A stretch of 64,000 nucleotides of DNA from Octopus sinensis (GCF_006345805.1 NC_043024.1:14322001-14386000); one strand, 5' to 3'; shown: positions 49,591 through 64,000, counted from the first letter of the stretch. The notes: generated by a model not told the origin, from the letters alone. Numbers and translations: made by a program.

Positions 49591-49782
49591 ATGTGTATGT
49601 GTGTGTATGTATATGTATGTATATATATATATATATATATTATGTGTGTGTATGTATATGTATGTATGTATGTGTGTGTATGTGTATGTGTATATGTACA
49701 TATACGTGTACGCTCGTGTGTTTATGTATATGTAGGTACGTAGAGTTATGTATGTGTGTATGTATATGTACATATGTGTAAG

Positions 49783-49835
<53 letters not shown>

Positions 49836-50373
49836 AAGTTTATATGTATGTATCCGTCTGTATAATAGGTAACTGCACGTATATATACTTAATATTTATT
49901 ATTATTTATTTTTTGAGTATGCATGTATGTATATGAATAACTGCACGTATATATATTTTATATTTTATTATTTATTTTTTTGAGTATGCATGTAAGTATA
50001 TGAACATAAGGAGACGCGTGTGTGTGTGTGTATGTGTAAGCATATGTATAGATATATGTATACTTTTACGCATGTGTGTACTTATGTGTATATATGGATG
50101 CGCGCGCGTGTGTGTGTGTATGGGTACGCATGTGTGTGTGTATGTGTATATGTGTATGTATGTGTGTGTGTATATATGTATATGTATGTATGTACATGTA
50201 TGTATGTGTATATATATATATATATAGTATATGTATATATATATGTGTATGTGTATATGTATGTATATGTATGTGTATGTATGCGCGTATATGTATGTAT
50301 ATGTATATGTGTGGGTGTGTGTATGTGTATATATGTATGTATGTATGGGTGTATGTATGTATGTATATATACG

Positions 50374-50408
<35 letters not shown>

Positions 50409-50812
50409 TTGTATGTAGGTGTATATGTATGTGTGTATATATATTTATTGGTGTATATGTATGGACTAGTCTTCTAAGCGTGTAGACATGAATCTGTAGG
50501 TACACGTACGTATGTGTATATATGTGAATGTATGTAGATGTATGTATGTATGAATATAACGCGTGCGTGCGTGTATGTGTATGAGTGTACGAATGAGTGA
50601 GTGTGTGTGCTAATGAGTGTGCGTGCGTGAGTGAGTGCTTGTGTTCAAGTAGAAAGATAAATGGACTTGCTGTCGTAGCCTAGATGCTTGTGACCTGCGG
50701 TCAAAGATAACAAAAGTAATAAATGAAGATAATAATAAAATTAAAATTAGGGAATGGGTTTGTATTTGTATGTATATGTGTGTATGTGTAGGTATGTATA
50801 GGTACACATATG

Positions 50813-50864
<52 letters not shown>

Positions 50865-51335
50865 GTATATATGTGTATATAGGGACTTGTGTGTGCATGT
50901 GTGTATGTGGATATATGTGTGTATGTGTGTATGTGTATGTGTGTATATGTATATATTTTTGTGTGTATATATACATGTGTGTGTATATATATATATGCAT
51001 ATATATGTATATATATATATATATATATGTGTATATATATATGTGTATATATATATGTATATATATATGTGTGTGTGTGTATGTATGTGTGTATGTATAT
51101 GTGTGTGTGTGTGTGTATATATATACATATGTGTATATGTATAAGTGAGAATCTCCTTATTTACCTAAAACTCTATTCTTCTATATATTTTTTATTCTTT
51201 TATTTATTATTTTATCTAATTTACCACTGACTCCTTGACCACTCCCCCAAGTATGATATTCTTGCGCTATGCCTACCCCCCAAAAAGTCCCCCACCTGCC
51301 TAAATGTATAAATGCCAATACAATTCTTGTTAACT

Positions 51336-51386
51336 AGCTTCCTGGTGATTTCTCTTGAATGAAACAGTTCTAGTCCTGTAGAAGCT
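51336..51386 (+). ncRNA. hammerhead motif, family D, A6G core mutant
   Basis: Inverted copy of 48325-48375 with CTGGTGA instead of CTGATGA. Confidence 0.62.
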
Positions 51387-51469
51387 CCTTCTATATAATA
51401 AATTAATTTTACTCTGCTATGTATTGAGTACCTTATTTACTGTGGTTAACCCCGAATCAACCCGGGACC

Positions 51470-51517
<48 letters not shown>

Positions 51518-51849
51518 CACACATATATATAAATTAACACAATATATCTGATTAATAATGTCTTTTATGATTGTGCGGTGATGGTAGGCGATAATAATTC
51601 ACCGTTCTAAAAGACCTGTGGCGGGAATATTTAAACTTTTGCGGCTGTTAACACTTTCTCTCTATAGATATAGACAGACGTACAGTGAGAGAGGTGGTGG
51701 GAGAAAGAGTGACAGAGAGATGGCGAAGCTGTCAAACATCGTTATAGAGAGAATGTGAAGGGAAGGGAGTAAAGAGAGAGATCGAGGAAGAGAGGGTGAT
51801 ATCCAAAAGAGAGAAACGACACTCGTCAAAGTGTGGGTTTTAAAGTAGA

Positions 51850-51996
51850 AATATGTTACAAACTATAGAATTTTCTCAATAAAGCCAAGAAAAAAAATGA
51901 TGTTTTAGAAACACATTCTACCAGTATACGAAGTTTAAAAGTGTTTAGTTAACTAGAAATTGTGTTGAAAACTGCCGTTCAAAAGGAAAAGATACC
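51850..51996. mobile_element. half of the same palindromic MITE family
   Basis: Matches the right arm of 62577-63211 (ACACATTCTACCAGTATACGAAG...CCGTTCAAAAGGAAAAGAT). Confidence 0.7.
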
Positions 51997-52051
51997 AGTG
52001 ATTTATTGTTTTTAATTGATATTTTGTATTACGATATTATGTTATTTTCAG

Positions 52052-52206
52052 TACTTGCACCAAGGGTAACTTACTTTGCGTGAACACTACATGTAAAAAA
52101 TGCAACAAGGATGAGTTTGAATGTGCACCAGGGACATGTATTATGAAGAACAGAGTATGCGATGGTTACATTGATTGCGAAGAAGGAACTGACGAAGAAG
52201 ATTGTC
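52052..52206 (+). CDS. exon p (E3 end + LDL-receptor class A repeat)
   Basis: ttttcAG| ... |GTaagt; phase 2 to 1. CTCTKGNLLCVNTTCKKCNKDEFECAPGTCIMKNRVCDGYIDCEEGTDEEDC. Confidence 0.94.
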
Positions 52207-52216
52207 GTAAGTTATA

Positions 52217-52516
52217 TCTTTATATATAAAATTGAAGTTGTGTGTGTCTGTCTACTCCGATTTAGATTCCTAACTACTCCCACATTTTGCGGTGCAGTTT
52301 AACCAAAACCGGGTATCTTATAGTTGTGGTTAATATCGAACCCTTCTGGGTATTAGCGCGCGTCTACAATGAGTCTATGATTTTAAAAAAAATGTACCAT
52401 CATTTTTCCGCATTTTTAATGATTTTTGCTCGGTTATATAAGGGAAGTAACTCTCTAAAAATGTTTATATAGTTATTTCCCTTACAAACCCGAGCAACGC
52501 CGGGCGATACTGCTAG
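52217..52516 (+). mobile_element. non-autonomous Helitron, family H3 (H1-like 5' end, H2-like 3' end)
   Basis: A|TCTTTATATATAAAATTGAAGTTG ... CCCGAGCAACGCCGGGCGATACTGCTAG|T; starts 10 nt after the exon p donor. Confidence 0.82.
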
Positions 52517-53304
52517 TGTTTAATATTTTGAAACTGGTAGAAACTGGTTGAATAGAAAGACATCTGTTGATTTATAAGGTCATGAATCCATATCAAATAA
52601 CAGGTGTATCATGTTCCAAGAGCAACTCACTTTCCCTTACCTTGTACAAATTAAAAAGTATTGTCCTTAACATTTATTATTGACAAGCAATGCACCCCGT
52701 CGTTGCCCGGGTGTTATGACCTATAGCCACATTGTATTATTTGTTTGTTTCTTATGGGCAAAATTGGCACATGAGGAGTATGAAGCAAACGACTCTTCTT
52801 TATAAACATGCTTTTCAGTCATTTTCTTATGAACAATGCTGAAATTTTTGACACCAAAACCATGTACAATAACAGCTTAGATTAGAAGGAAATCCTAACA
52901 ACGCCCCCAAAATGACCTCAAAATTGAGTGATCCAGCCTTGTTTTGGTGTTAATTTTTCTAGTAAAATAGGGTTGCTATGCAAAAAACTTACTTTACACT
53001 GGCAGCCAAAAGATTGTTCAATCTTTCAATATTTCGTACAGTAATATTGGCAACTCAGTTTCATGTCTACAGATCGGGTAATATAGAAGCTGAAATAGTT
53101 CTTACTTGTCCCATAAAATGAACAATACGTGTATACATTAGCTTCCCCAATGAAAAGGCCATGTTCATAAGTATTAAGGTTCTCTACAGCAAACCATATT
53201 TGGTATCAGTTTATATCAATGTTGAGGCCATCAGAATAAAAAAAGGGGCATTTTCGCTAGCCACTACACATTCTTTATTTTCTCTCCTTGTTTCTTTCTG
53301 TGTT

Positions 53305-53342
53305 CTTTTTTGTGGAAGAGCATAGCCTCGAAACGTTAACGA
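53305..53342 (+). ncRNA. degenerate minimal hammerhead, family B (copy 3)
   Basis: CTTTT-TTGTGGA-A-GAGC atag CCTC-GAAA-CG-TT-AACGA; keeps the ACGT palindrome but C3 and the stems are mutated. Confidence 0.5.
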
Positions 53343-53444
53343 CTTTTTCACTTCCCAAGCATTATACTTATACATCTGTTTGTTGTTTACACCACCTGTC
53401 TTCGTCTTTTGTTTTTGCATGAATTCTCTCCCTATATACATACA

Positions 53445-53478
<34 letters not shown>

Positions 53479-53563
53479 CATACATACATACATATATATA
53501 AATATACTCATTCACCATGATAGATGGCTAGCCACAACACATTCTTTATTTTCTCTCATTGTT

Positions 53564-53601
53564 TCTTTCTGTGGAAGAGCATAGGCTCGAAAAGTTAAAG
53601 A
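53564..53601 (+). ncRNA. minimal hammerhead, family B (copy 4, tandem with copy 3)
   Basis: TCTTT-CTGTGGA-A-GAGC atag GCTC-GAAA-AG-TT-AAAGA; perfect 5-bp stem I and 4-bp stem II. Confidence 0.62.
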
Positions 53602-55587
53602 CTTTTTCACTTCCCCAGCGTTATACTAATACATCTGTTTGTTGTCTACACCACATGTCTTCGTCTTTTGTTTTTTTGTGAATTCTCTACATATATATGT
53701 ACATATATAACCCTTATATGTACACATATAAGGGTTTGTGATGTGGGCAGTTTGGCATAAACGTACAGGGACATTGTGCTTCATGAAAATAAATGGATTA
53801 TGCTGGTATGCAGAGGTGGAGCAGTAGTAATGGAGCGATGTATGGCTTAATGGCTGATGAATGGTGAAAGCTTAAGGAATAAACTGCATGAGAAAAGGAC
53901 TTTGTTTTGCTTTTGAGTGCAAACATGCAAAAGTAAGCAATTGAGACTTACGGATTCAAAAAAATTTATGCTGAATGAGGACGTAGAGGTATCTGTATTG
54001 CAGAAGGTGGAAGCACTCCGTCGGTTACGACGACGAGGGTTCCGGTTGATCCGATCAACAGAACAGCCTGCTCGTGAAATTAACGTGTAAGTGACTGACC
54101 ACTCCACAGACACGTGTACCCTTAACGTAGTTCTCGGGGATATTCAGCGTGATACAGAGAGTGACAAGGCCGGCCCTTTGAAATACAGGTACAACAGAAA
54201 CAGGAAGTAAGAGTGAGAGAAAGTTGTGGGGAAAGAGTACAGCAGGGATCACCACCATCCCTGCCGGAGCCTCGTGGAGCTTTAGGTGTTTTCGCTCAAA
54301 CACTCACAACGCCCAGTCTGGGAATCGAAATCGCGATCCTACGACCGCGAGTCCGCTGCCCTAACCACTGGGCCATTGCGCCTCCACATTGCAGAAGGTA
54401 AAGTACATGGAAAGAAGGTTGCTTCCTTGTGAAAAGCACCATCTCTGTAATGTTTGGGCAGACTACACACTTCAGCAAGTGTTCAGTGAAGCCGACAATG
54501 CTTCTGGGTAAACTATGTTTTGTGTATCTCCAGTGTTGGAAGAATAAATATACATGAGACACTTCTTTGTCATGTTGCCATACATTGCAAGTATGCAAAA
54601 CTTCCTTTCCCTGGAAAATTGAAAGAATGACACTATACATACTCTCTCTTTATATCTAGCAGGAGTGGTTGTGTGGTAAGTAGCTTGCTAACCAACCACA
54701 TGGTTCCGGGTTCAGTCCCACTGCGTGGCATCTTGGGCAAGTGTCTTCTGCGTTATAGCCCTGGGCCGACCAATGCCTTGTGAGTGGATTTCGTAGACGG
54801 AAACTGAAAGAAGCCTGTCGTATATATGTATATATATGTATGTGTGTGTGTGTACGTGTGTGTGTTTGTGTGTCTGTGTTTGTCCCCCTAGCATTGCTTG
54901 ACAACCGATGCTGGTGTGTTTATGTCCCCGTTACTTAGTGGTTCGGCAAAAGAGATCGATAGAATAAGTACTGGCCTTACAAAGAATAAGTACCAGGGTC
55001 GATTTGCTCAACTAAAGGCGGTGCTCCAGCATGGCCGCAGTCAAATGACTGAAACAAGTAAAAGAGTAAAAGAGAGAGTAGGTATGTTACAGATAATTTA
55101 TTTTCATAACAGTTCTCTATTAGTAAATGTTTTTCTCACAACAATTTAAAGGTATGTTAGAGATAATTTATTTTAATAACGTAATTTTCTGTTAGTAAAT
55201 GATTTTTCTCTTACACAAATACCCAACAATTTTGATTTTGAAGAATTCAAAAATTATTTAGAAATATAAAGAGATACGAATGGCAGAATCGGACTGTCCA
55301 TGTTTGAAAACCAAAAATTTTTTATTTTTAAATCGAAAAACAGTGTAAAGTTTTGGAATTAGGAGGGCAGGGTGTGCTGGAATATTAAAAAAAAATTCTA
55401 TTGGATAATCATATTAATTCCATTATATAGAAGACAGAATCAGAAAAAAAATTGTGAAAATGTTATGAGGTGTTTTAGTACATGCTTCAATCAGATGTCA
55501 TGAACAACTTCTAAATCCATCTTCAACCTATCTGTCTACAACTTCAGAACAGGTAAGCCTGTTAACTCACTGGAACTGATGGACTTA

Positions 55588-56092
55588 CCGTAAATCCTCG
55601 AGTATAGTCCGCCCTTGAGTATTATACATAGGGGATTTTTAGGGAGCTGTACCTCTGAAAAACCTAAACCTCGTGTATAACACGTACCCCTCTAACTTGA
55701 GTCAAGGTCTACATAACGTCCTTGGTTTGTAAAACTGTATACGGTAACGTCCTTTATTATTATTGTATATATAACAATGCAAACGTGTATCTTTTTTGTG
55801 CATTTTGTTTGCAGAAAATAAAGAAATAACAGTAATAACGTTTAATAAATGTTGCTTATTGCAAGTTATGGATGATTCTTTTATGACTTCATTGCTTTCA
55901 GGCTTAGCTTAAGGTATTTTCGTGCCCGACATCACAAAATGCATCTGAATAAACATTGCCGGACAGCAAATAGGGACTCAGACATTGCTTAGAAAATATT
56001 TTTCATTTCTAACCTCATATATAGTGCGCACTAGGGATTTTGACCATTAAATTTTTTGGGGAAAAATGCGGATTATACTCGAGGATTTATCG
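55588..56092. mobile_element. pogo/Tc2-type MITE
   Basis: TA|CCGTAAATCCTCGAGTATAGTCCGC ... GCGGATTATACTCGAGGATTTATCG|TA; 25-bp TIR with 3 mismatches. Confidence 0.8.
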
Positions 56093-56486
56093 TAAATAGT
56101 ACGTTTTTATAATCTAGCATCGTTTTGTGAATACCAACAAATTTACGCACTCATGTGTGATTTAGGGTGTGCCCACTAGTAAGGTAGGGACTATAATATT
56201 TAACGCACAAATTCCTAATGAAGAAAAGGGCAGAAAGAAATGATAATAAAAAATTGGGGGAAGATGAAATTTGCAATGTGTGTCATGTTAAAACCACTTT
56301 GAAAATTACCAGAAGTGAGGAATGAAAGTGGTTTCATGCCCAAGGGTACGGAAGAAGAAATAAGCTCAGAGAGGGGGGAAAGAAAGAGAGAAAGAGTGAG
56401 TGTGTGCGTGCGTGTGTTTGTGTGTTTGTTTATTTTGTTTTGTCTTAAATATATTGTATTACAAGATATCTATTTTGAATTTTCAG

Positions 56487-56525
56487 CAACAACAGTGACA
56501 ACGTATACTACATTTATGCCAACAG
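56487..56525 (+). CDS. probable 39-nt Thr-rich micro-exon q
   Basis: tattttgaattttcAG| ... |GTttgt; phase 1 to 1, in frame with exon p, giving PTTVTTYTTFMPT; no homology support. Confidence 0.6.
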
Positions 56526-56573
56526 GTTTGTGAAACTTATCATATAATCTGATTTCTTATGTTTGTATCTTAA

Positions 56574-56959
56574 TCTATATATATAAAACTCAACTCGTGT
56601 GTCTGTGTGTGTATCTGTGTGTGTGTCTGTGTGTTTAACTTCCCGGCACATCTCCTCCTAGCCAACAAATCGTAGAACCACCAAAAATAAGTCACTTAAA
56701 GTTTAGGCGAATGAAAATTGAACTGCTCTATTTTTGTTCCGAAATTCATCTCGCAAGTGCAAAAATCGATAATATGTTTGTTTAGGCCTTATCCCATGCA
56801 TTGAATAGTGAACTTTACTCAGTCAGCTGTTCACCACGCGTGCAAGCATGCGTAAATTGCATGAAAAATAAAAAATCAAGATATAAAAATGAATCGTCGT
56901 AAACATTGTAGAAATTCGGCAAAGAAATGAATTTTCGGGATGTATCCTGGAGGTTTTTT

Positions 56960-56960
<1 letters not shown>
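56574..56960 (+). mobile_element. Helitron-like 5' portion
   Basis: A|TCTATATATATAAAACTC then (TG)-rich tract; runs into TA microsatellite. Confidence 0.55.
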
Positions 56961-59240
<2,280 letters not shown>

Positions 59241-59630
59241 TTTAAATAATGAGGGTGATAATTGAATATTAATTTAATTAACACCAATTTAAAACCAGTA
59301 GCCTAGCATATAGAGAAATCTGAAAATTCAGAAAAATTGTAATACATGCATATACTAAGACACGACCACTAAGTGGACATCTAATATGCTAGAAGAAGAT
59401 TACCTACGATCTAACCACAAAGAAAAGAATGTTCTCTAGAGAAATTCAGCGAACACCAGAACATAAGTAAGAATTCTTTATTTTTGTATATTTTCATCTG
59501 TCTTACCCACTTATCATCTAGTTTTTGCTGAGTTTCTCTAGAGAACATTCTTTCCTTTGTGGTTAGATCGTAGGTGATCTTCTTCTAGCATATTGGATGT
59601 CCACTTAGTGGTCATACCTTATTTTACACA

Positions 59631-59968
59631 TGTATATATATATAAATCTGAAATGTGAAAAGTTTGTTTGTCTGGTTTGGGCATTGGAATGGGTGAAAGG
59701 ACACTAGATCCCATCGGATTGACCCCAAAATTTACAGAGACATGTAAAATGAGGTGAGAATGCGAGTGGGCTTGGTTAGAAATCTCTATCTGAAAAGGTG
59801 TTGTTTCTAGGGCAAAAAAACGCACACTTTGACAAGTCTCCTCTCATTCTCTTATCTGCCTGTCTTCCTCCATCTCTCTCTCTCTTTCCTCCCTTCCTTG
59901 CACATTCTCTCTATAACGTCGTTTCACAGCGTCTACTATCATTCCCCCGCCGCTTTCACCAGCGCTGT

Positions 59969-59999
<31 letters not shown>

Positions 60000-60169
60000 C
60001 GTCTGTCTGCATTCATAGAGAGAATTATCATCGCCACGACCACCACACAATCATGAGAACAAATATAATGAATCAGATATTTATTGCATTAATTTATGTG
60101 TGTGTGTGTGTTCTATATATAAATATGTATATATAATAATTATATATACAAAGTGCATATATCTGTGTA

Positions 60170-60227
<58 letters not shown>

Positions 60228-61218
60228 ATATATATATACTATATATATATATATAATTTGTATACATTTGTATATATTCATGCGTACATATGTACTTATA
60301 TATAGTTAATGCGTATATATATATAATGTGTGCATTATGTGGTCGGTTGAGCTGAAAATATGCACACCTATGTTAAAAGTGCTGGCGAGTTTGCATGGCA
60401 ACTATTTTTTTCCTCAAATGAAAAGGCCTCTAGGACCTCTAGGACAAAATTCCTCATCTTATAAAATGTGGCCCGAGTAGACCCAAATGAAATCGGGTTA
60501 TATTAACCAAAATGTGAAAAGAGGTCTAAATGGGGCTGGAAGGGAATTAAAATTTACAGGAGCGGATGTTTAGGAATTCTCAGTTACATCAAGCTAAAAA
60601 ATTTGCACCAGCCTTTAAATCGTCAATGTGTTGCCGTCCATGATGAAGAAGTTTTGAATGCTTGCCATGGTGAGTCTATTGTTGTGAGAAGAATCACTTC
60701 AAACTTGGTGTTTAGGATTTTCTTTTATATCAAGTTCAACATTTTACCCAGCCGTAACTGCCACTACGTGTGCTGTCCGTCGTTAGAAATGCCAGCCATG
60801 GTGACTCTACTATCCTCAGATTCTATCCCTTCAAACTTTGGTTTCCAATATTTTTTAATTTTTATTCAGCTCGCAAGTTCATCTGTCCCTTTTAAATGTT
60901 AGTGTTTTGCTGTCTGCCTTGAAGCAGACCTTTCCGTTGTCACTGCCTGATATTAATGATTGATCTTTCAAAATATTTTCTTTCTCAACTTACTCAAGAT
61001 CTTTTGTTGTTTATAAATGGGAGAGAGATAGATAAAGATAGAGAGTAAGAGAAAGCGAGGGAGAGTCCGAAAGAAATGAAGAATAAGAGAGTGGGAAAGT
61101 GAGAGAGAAAGAAGAGAGAAACAAAGAGGGAGAATGTAGTGATAAAAAAAGGAAAGGAAGCAACAGAAAGTAACAACCACACTCTTACCCGTGTGTAGAG
61201 CGGGTCAACTTAAGCTAG
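59631..61218 (+). mobile_element. long Helitron-like element H4
   Basis: 5' TATATATAAATCTGAAATGTGAAAAGTTTGTTTGTC; 3' hairpin ACCCG-tgtgtagag-CGGGT then CAACTTAAG-CTAG. Confidence 0.65.
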
Positions 61219-61607
61219 TCTATTATATAAAGCTGAAGTTGTCTGCGTGTGGCAGGTTTGGCAGCCTTCAACTAACACTATCTCCTCCGAGACCCTGCGG
61301 CGCAAATTGACCAAAATTGAGAGTATGATAGAAGAAGGCTTGCTCTTCATTCTGTAGGAGATAAAATTCAAATCGGACCATGTTAAGACCAAAAATTATT
61401 TACATCAAAAAGGTGCTTTTTTTCTATGAAAATCCCTATTTTTTACGATTTTTTTACTGCTGTGTCGCCATTTTTCGGTGTATTTCAACCAGAAAAATGT
61501 TCACTTAAAGAGAATAACAAGCTACAGAATGCACAATTTTTACTTCTCAAAAATTCCAATTCTAAAGGGTCGAAACAAACCCGAGCAGCGATGGGCAATA
61601 CTGCTAG
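61219..61607 (+). mobile_element. non-autonomous Helitron H1
   Basis: TCTATTATATAAAGCTGAAGTTG ... CCCGAGCAGCGATGGGCAATACTGCTAG|T. Confidence 0.85.
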
Positions 61608-61794
61608 TATATATATACATACATACATATATATATATATATACAGACAGCCATCTAAGAATCCATGTCAGGGAAAAATACACTCATATATTTGTCTGTA
61701 GAGTAGGTATATTAATTGAAGTGTATAGTATTATATATCCATTACGGCTGATCTAACTGACTGGTCTTGCAAAGTGCAGTAAACAATTGTTTAA

Positions 61795-62013
61795 CCCTTT
61801 CGATATCAACCCGGTTGAAACCGGTTCTGGTTCTGAGTACAAATGTCTTGTTTTCATAAGACATTTGAACTTCAAAATCTTCCATCTTAGTCACAATTTA
61901 TGTTCCTAACACTAGCTTAATGATAACTAAGTTATTTTACTAAATTCTTTGTTATATTTAAAGGAATTGAAAGAAACACAGAGCATCTCAAAATAACTAC
62001 AGTAATGAAAGGG
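61795..62013. mobile_element. piggyBac-type MITE (219 bp)
   Basis: TTAA|CCCTTTCGATATC ... GTAATGAAAGGG|TTAA; same termini as 36658-37735. Confidence 0.82.
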
Positions 62014-62192
62014 TTAACTCTATAGCACCGCCTCTAGTCGAGCAAATCAACCCCGGGACTTATTCTTTGTAAGCCCAGTACTTATTCTATCGGTCTCTTT
62101 TGCCGAACCACTAAGTGACGGGGACGTAAACACACCAGCATCGGTTGTCAAGCAATGCTAGGGGGACAAACACAGACACACAAACACACACA

Positions 62193-62231
<39 letters not shown>

Positions 62232-62576
62232 ATATATATATACATATATATACGACAGGCTTCTTTCAGTTTCCGTCTACCAAATCCACTCACAAGGCAT
62301 TGGTCGGCCCGGGGTTATAGCAGAAGACACTGTGGGACTGAACCTGGAACCATGTGGTTGGTTAGCAAGCTACTTAGCACACAGCCACTCCTGCGCCTGT
62401 ATATGGAAAAGAATTGTAATAATTACGATATGTCAATCATAATCACCTAAGGGAATGACTCAAATTAACGAATCAGCGTTACTTTTGATTGCAAGTATAT
62501 CAAAATGATTATGAAAATTGCTATATACTGTAAATGCTAAAGATATATACTTCTGGTTTCGTTGCAGAAAGACATG

Positions 62577-63211
62577 GGATCTTTTCCTTTTGAACGGCAG
62601 ACAATTTCTAGTTAACTAAACACTTTAAAATTTCGTATACTGGTAGAATGTGTCAAAATAAAGCATTTTTTTCTCTTGGCTTTCTTGAGAAAATTGTAAT
62701 TTGTTTGTTTAACATAGTTTAATTTTTCGAATTTTAACCAAAAATCCTATGCTCTCTTTTGAGCTAAAATCATTTGCTGCATCTAAAACTGAGACAACAT
62801 CCTGTAACTAACCCTAAACCTCCCCCCTAACTCTAACCCTAATTTTTTTTTTCTTAATTGTTAAATTAATTTAATTGTTACGCATGTAAAAAAAACTAAA
62901 GCAATGGAATTAAATTAATTTAACAATTCAGAAAAAAAAATTAGGGTTAGGGTTAGGGGGGAGGTTTAGGGCTAGTTACAGGATGTTGTCTCAGTTTTAG
63001 ACGCAGCAAATGATTTTAGTTGAATGGAGGTAATCGATTGGTTAAAATTGCCGAAATGCTCGGATTTTCAGATGAAATATGTTACAAACTATAGAATTTT
63101 CTCAATAAAACCAAGAGAAAAAGATCTTTTATAAACACATTCTACCAGTATACGAAGTTTAAAGGTGTTTAGTTAACTAGAAATTGTCTGCCGTTCAAAA
63201 GGAAAAGATCC
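62577..63211. mobile_element. palindromic MITE related to 24536-25249
   Basis: GGATCTTTTCC...GGAAAAGATCC, inverted almost end to end, CCCTAA/TTAGGG in the arms, 8-bp direct flank AAGACATG. Confidence 0.82.
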
Positions 63212-64000
63212 AAGACATGCTTTTTCGTTCTCTTGAAACAACCAAAAAGGGATTGCTTAGATCAACGAAGAAATCTGGTAAAACTGACAAAAACGTAGAA
63301 CTTGTTATTTCATAACGGTCTACTGTAATATATTCATTAAAAAGCGTAATATATTACACTAAAAGTTGAATATAGTACATTAAAGTCAGTGGCACAAGCT
63401 AGAGTTATCGTCGAAAAAGCAAGTGGTTGCAAGTCATGGTTTTATTTGCAGCCAAATGGAAGAAGCAAAAAAGAAATGTCTTTGAAAGAAAAACTTCTTC
63501 GTTCAAAAACAAGGATTTGGAATTTTATCTCTTGCAAATAAGTATCCTTTTCTTTTCTTTATTTTTTTAAAAACTTAGGTAGCATTTGAAATACGACTTC
63601 ATCTTTGTTTACTTTCTGAGAATTCTAACAATAATTTTCATTCAACTTTTATTACAACGACCACATAGCCTTCATTCTCTTTGAAAACTGGAAATCATTA
63701 CGAAAACCCCTTTCTTTTCACTACCTTTTCTTTCTTTTTTTTTCATTTTATACTCTTTTACTCTTTACTCTTTTACTTGTTTCAGTCATTTGACTGCGGC
63801 CATGCTGGAGCACCGCCAGTACTTATTCTATCGGTCTCTTTTGCCGAACCGCTAAGTGACGGGGACGTAAACACACCAACATCGGTTGTCAAGCAATGCT
63901 AGGGGGACAAACACAGACACAAACACATACACACACATATATATATATACATATATACGACGGGCTGCTTTCAGTTTCCGTCTACCAAATCCACTCACAA

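Larger units (their letters stand above)
48313..51399. repeat. 3.1-kb foldback with about 500-550-bp inverted arms
   Basis: 48313-48850 is the reverse complement of about 50920-51399, including idiosyncratic microsatellite variants. Confidence 0.92.
46385..51850 (-). mobile_element. long Helitron-like element H4, interrupted by a 34-bp array and a 3.1-kb foldback
   Basis: 3' end on minus strand CACCCATGCATAGAGCGGGT-CACCTTGAG-CTAG|T. Segments 46385-46600, 47820-48160 and 51650-51850 are reverse-complement homologues of 59820-61218. Confidence 0.65.

Noticed and set aside
53860-53890. CTGATGA-atggt-GAAAGCTT hammerhead-like word (also CTGATGA at 13357 and 28504, CTGAAGA at 16797 and 19352)
   Set aside because: No stem I complementarity and/or no credible stem II
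55479-55552. Candidate exon (phase 1 to 0, HASIRCHEQLLNPSSTYLSTTSEQ, donor GTAAGC)
   Set aside because: Weak polypyrimidine tract, no recognisable domain, and exit phase incompatible with the 56487 micro-exon; RNA-seq could revive it
60612-60669. Candidate exon ending at donor GTGAGT
   Set aside because: The only open frame enters in phase 0 rather than the required phase 1, and it lies inside Helitron-like H4

Overview
AT-rich, repeat-dense animal genomic DNA. The repeat landscape (tRNA-headed SINEs, RTE tails, TA/CA microsatellites) looks like octopus, but the species is inferred from recall. The window lies inside one large + strand gene. I assembled 16 GT-AG exons by hand (396-52206; 2892 nt, about 964 aa, frame continuous across all junctions) plus a probable 39-nt Thr-rich micro-exon. 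The domain order is TIL-E / VWD-C8-TIL-E / TIL'-E' / VWD-C8-TIL-E / LDL-receptor class A, i.e. the D1(end)-D2-D'-D3-LDLa region of a SCO-spondin-like / gel-forming-mucin-like protein. Start and stop lie outside the window. Introns hold four SINE families, RTE LINE tails, non-autonomous Helitrons, Tc1, mariner, Tigger/pogo-type MITEs, piggyBac derivatives and palindromic MITEs, often nested. The main unexplained signal is about 12 type I hammerhead ribozyme motifs, plus 2 weaker ones, from at least 5 unrelated sequence families on both strands. They occur as tandem dimers, divergent pairs and foldbacks, a layout typical of Penelope-like elements and retrozymes. Two sense-strand copies (2951-3067, 38136-38209) keep an intact core and a GUC site. 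Also notable: a 34-bp tandem array apparently born from a SINE core inside a Helitron, two templated-insertion scars, and unusual cysteine gains and losses in the D domains. All alignments and folds were done by eye. Exon and ribozyme coordinates were counted base by base; repeat boundaries are approximate. Ribozyme activity is untested.
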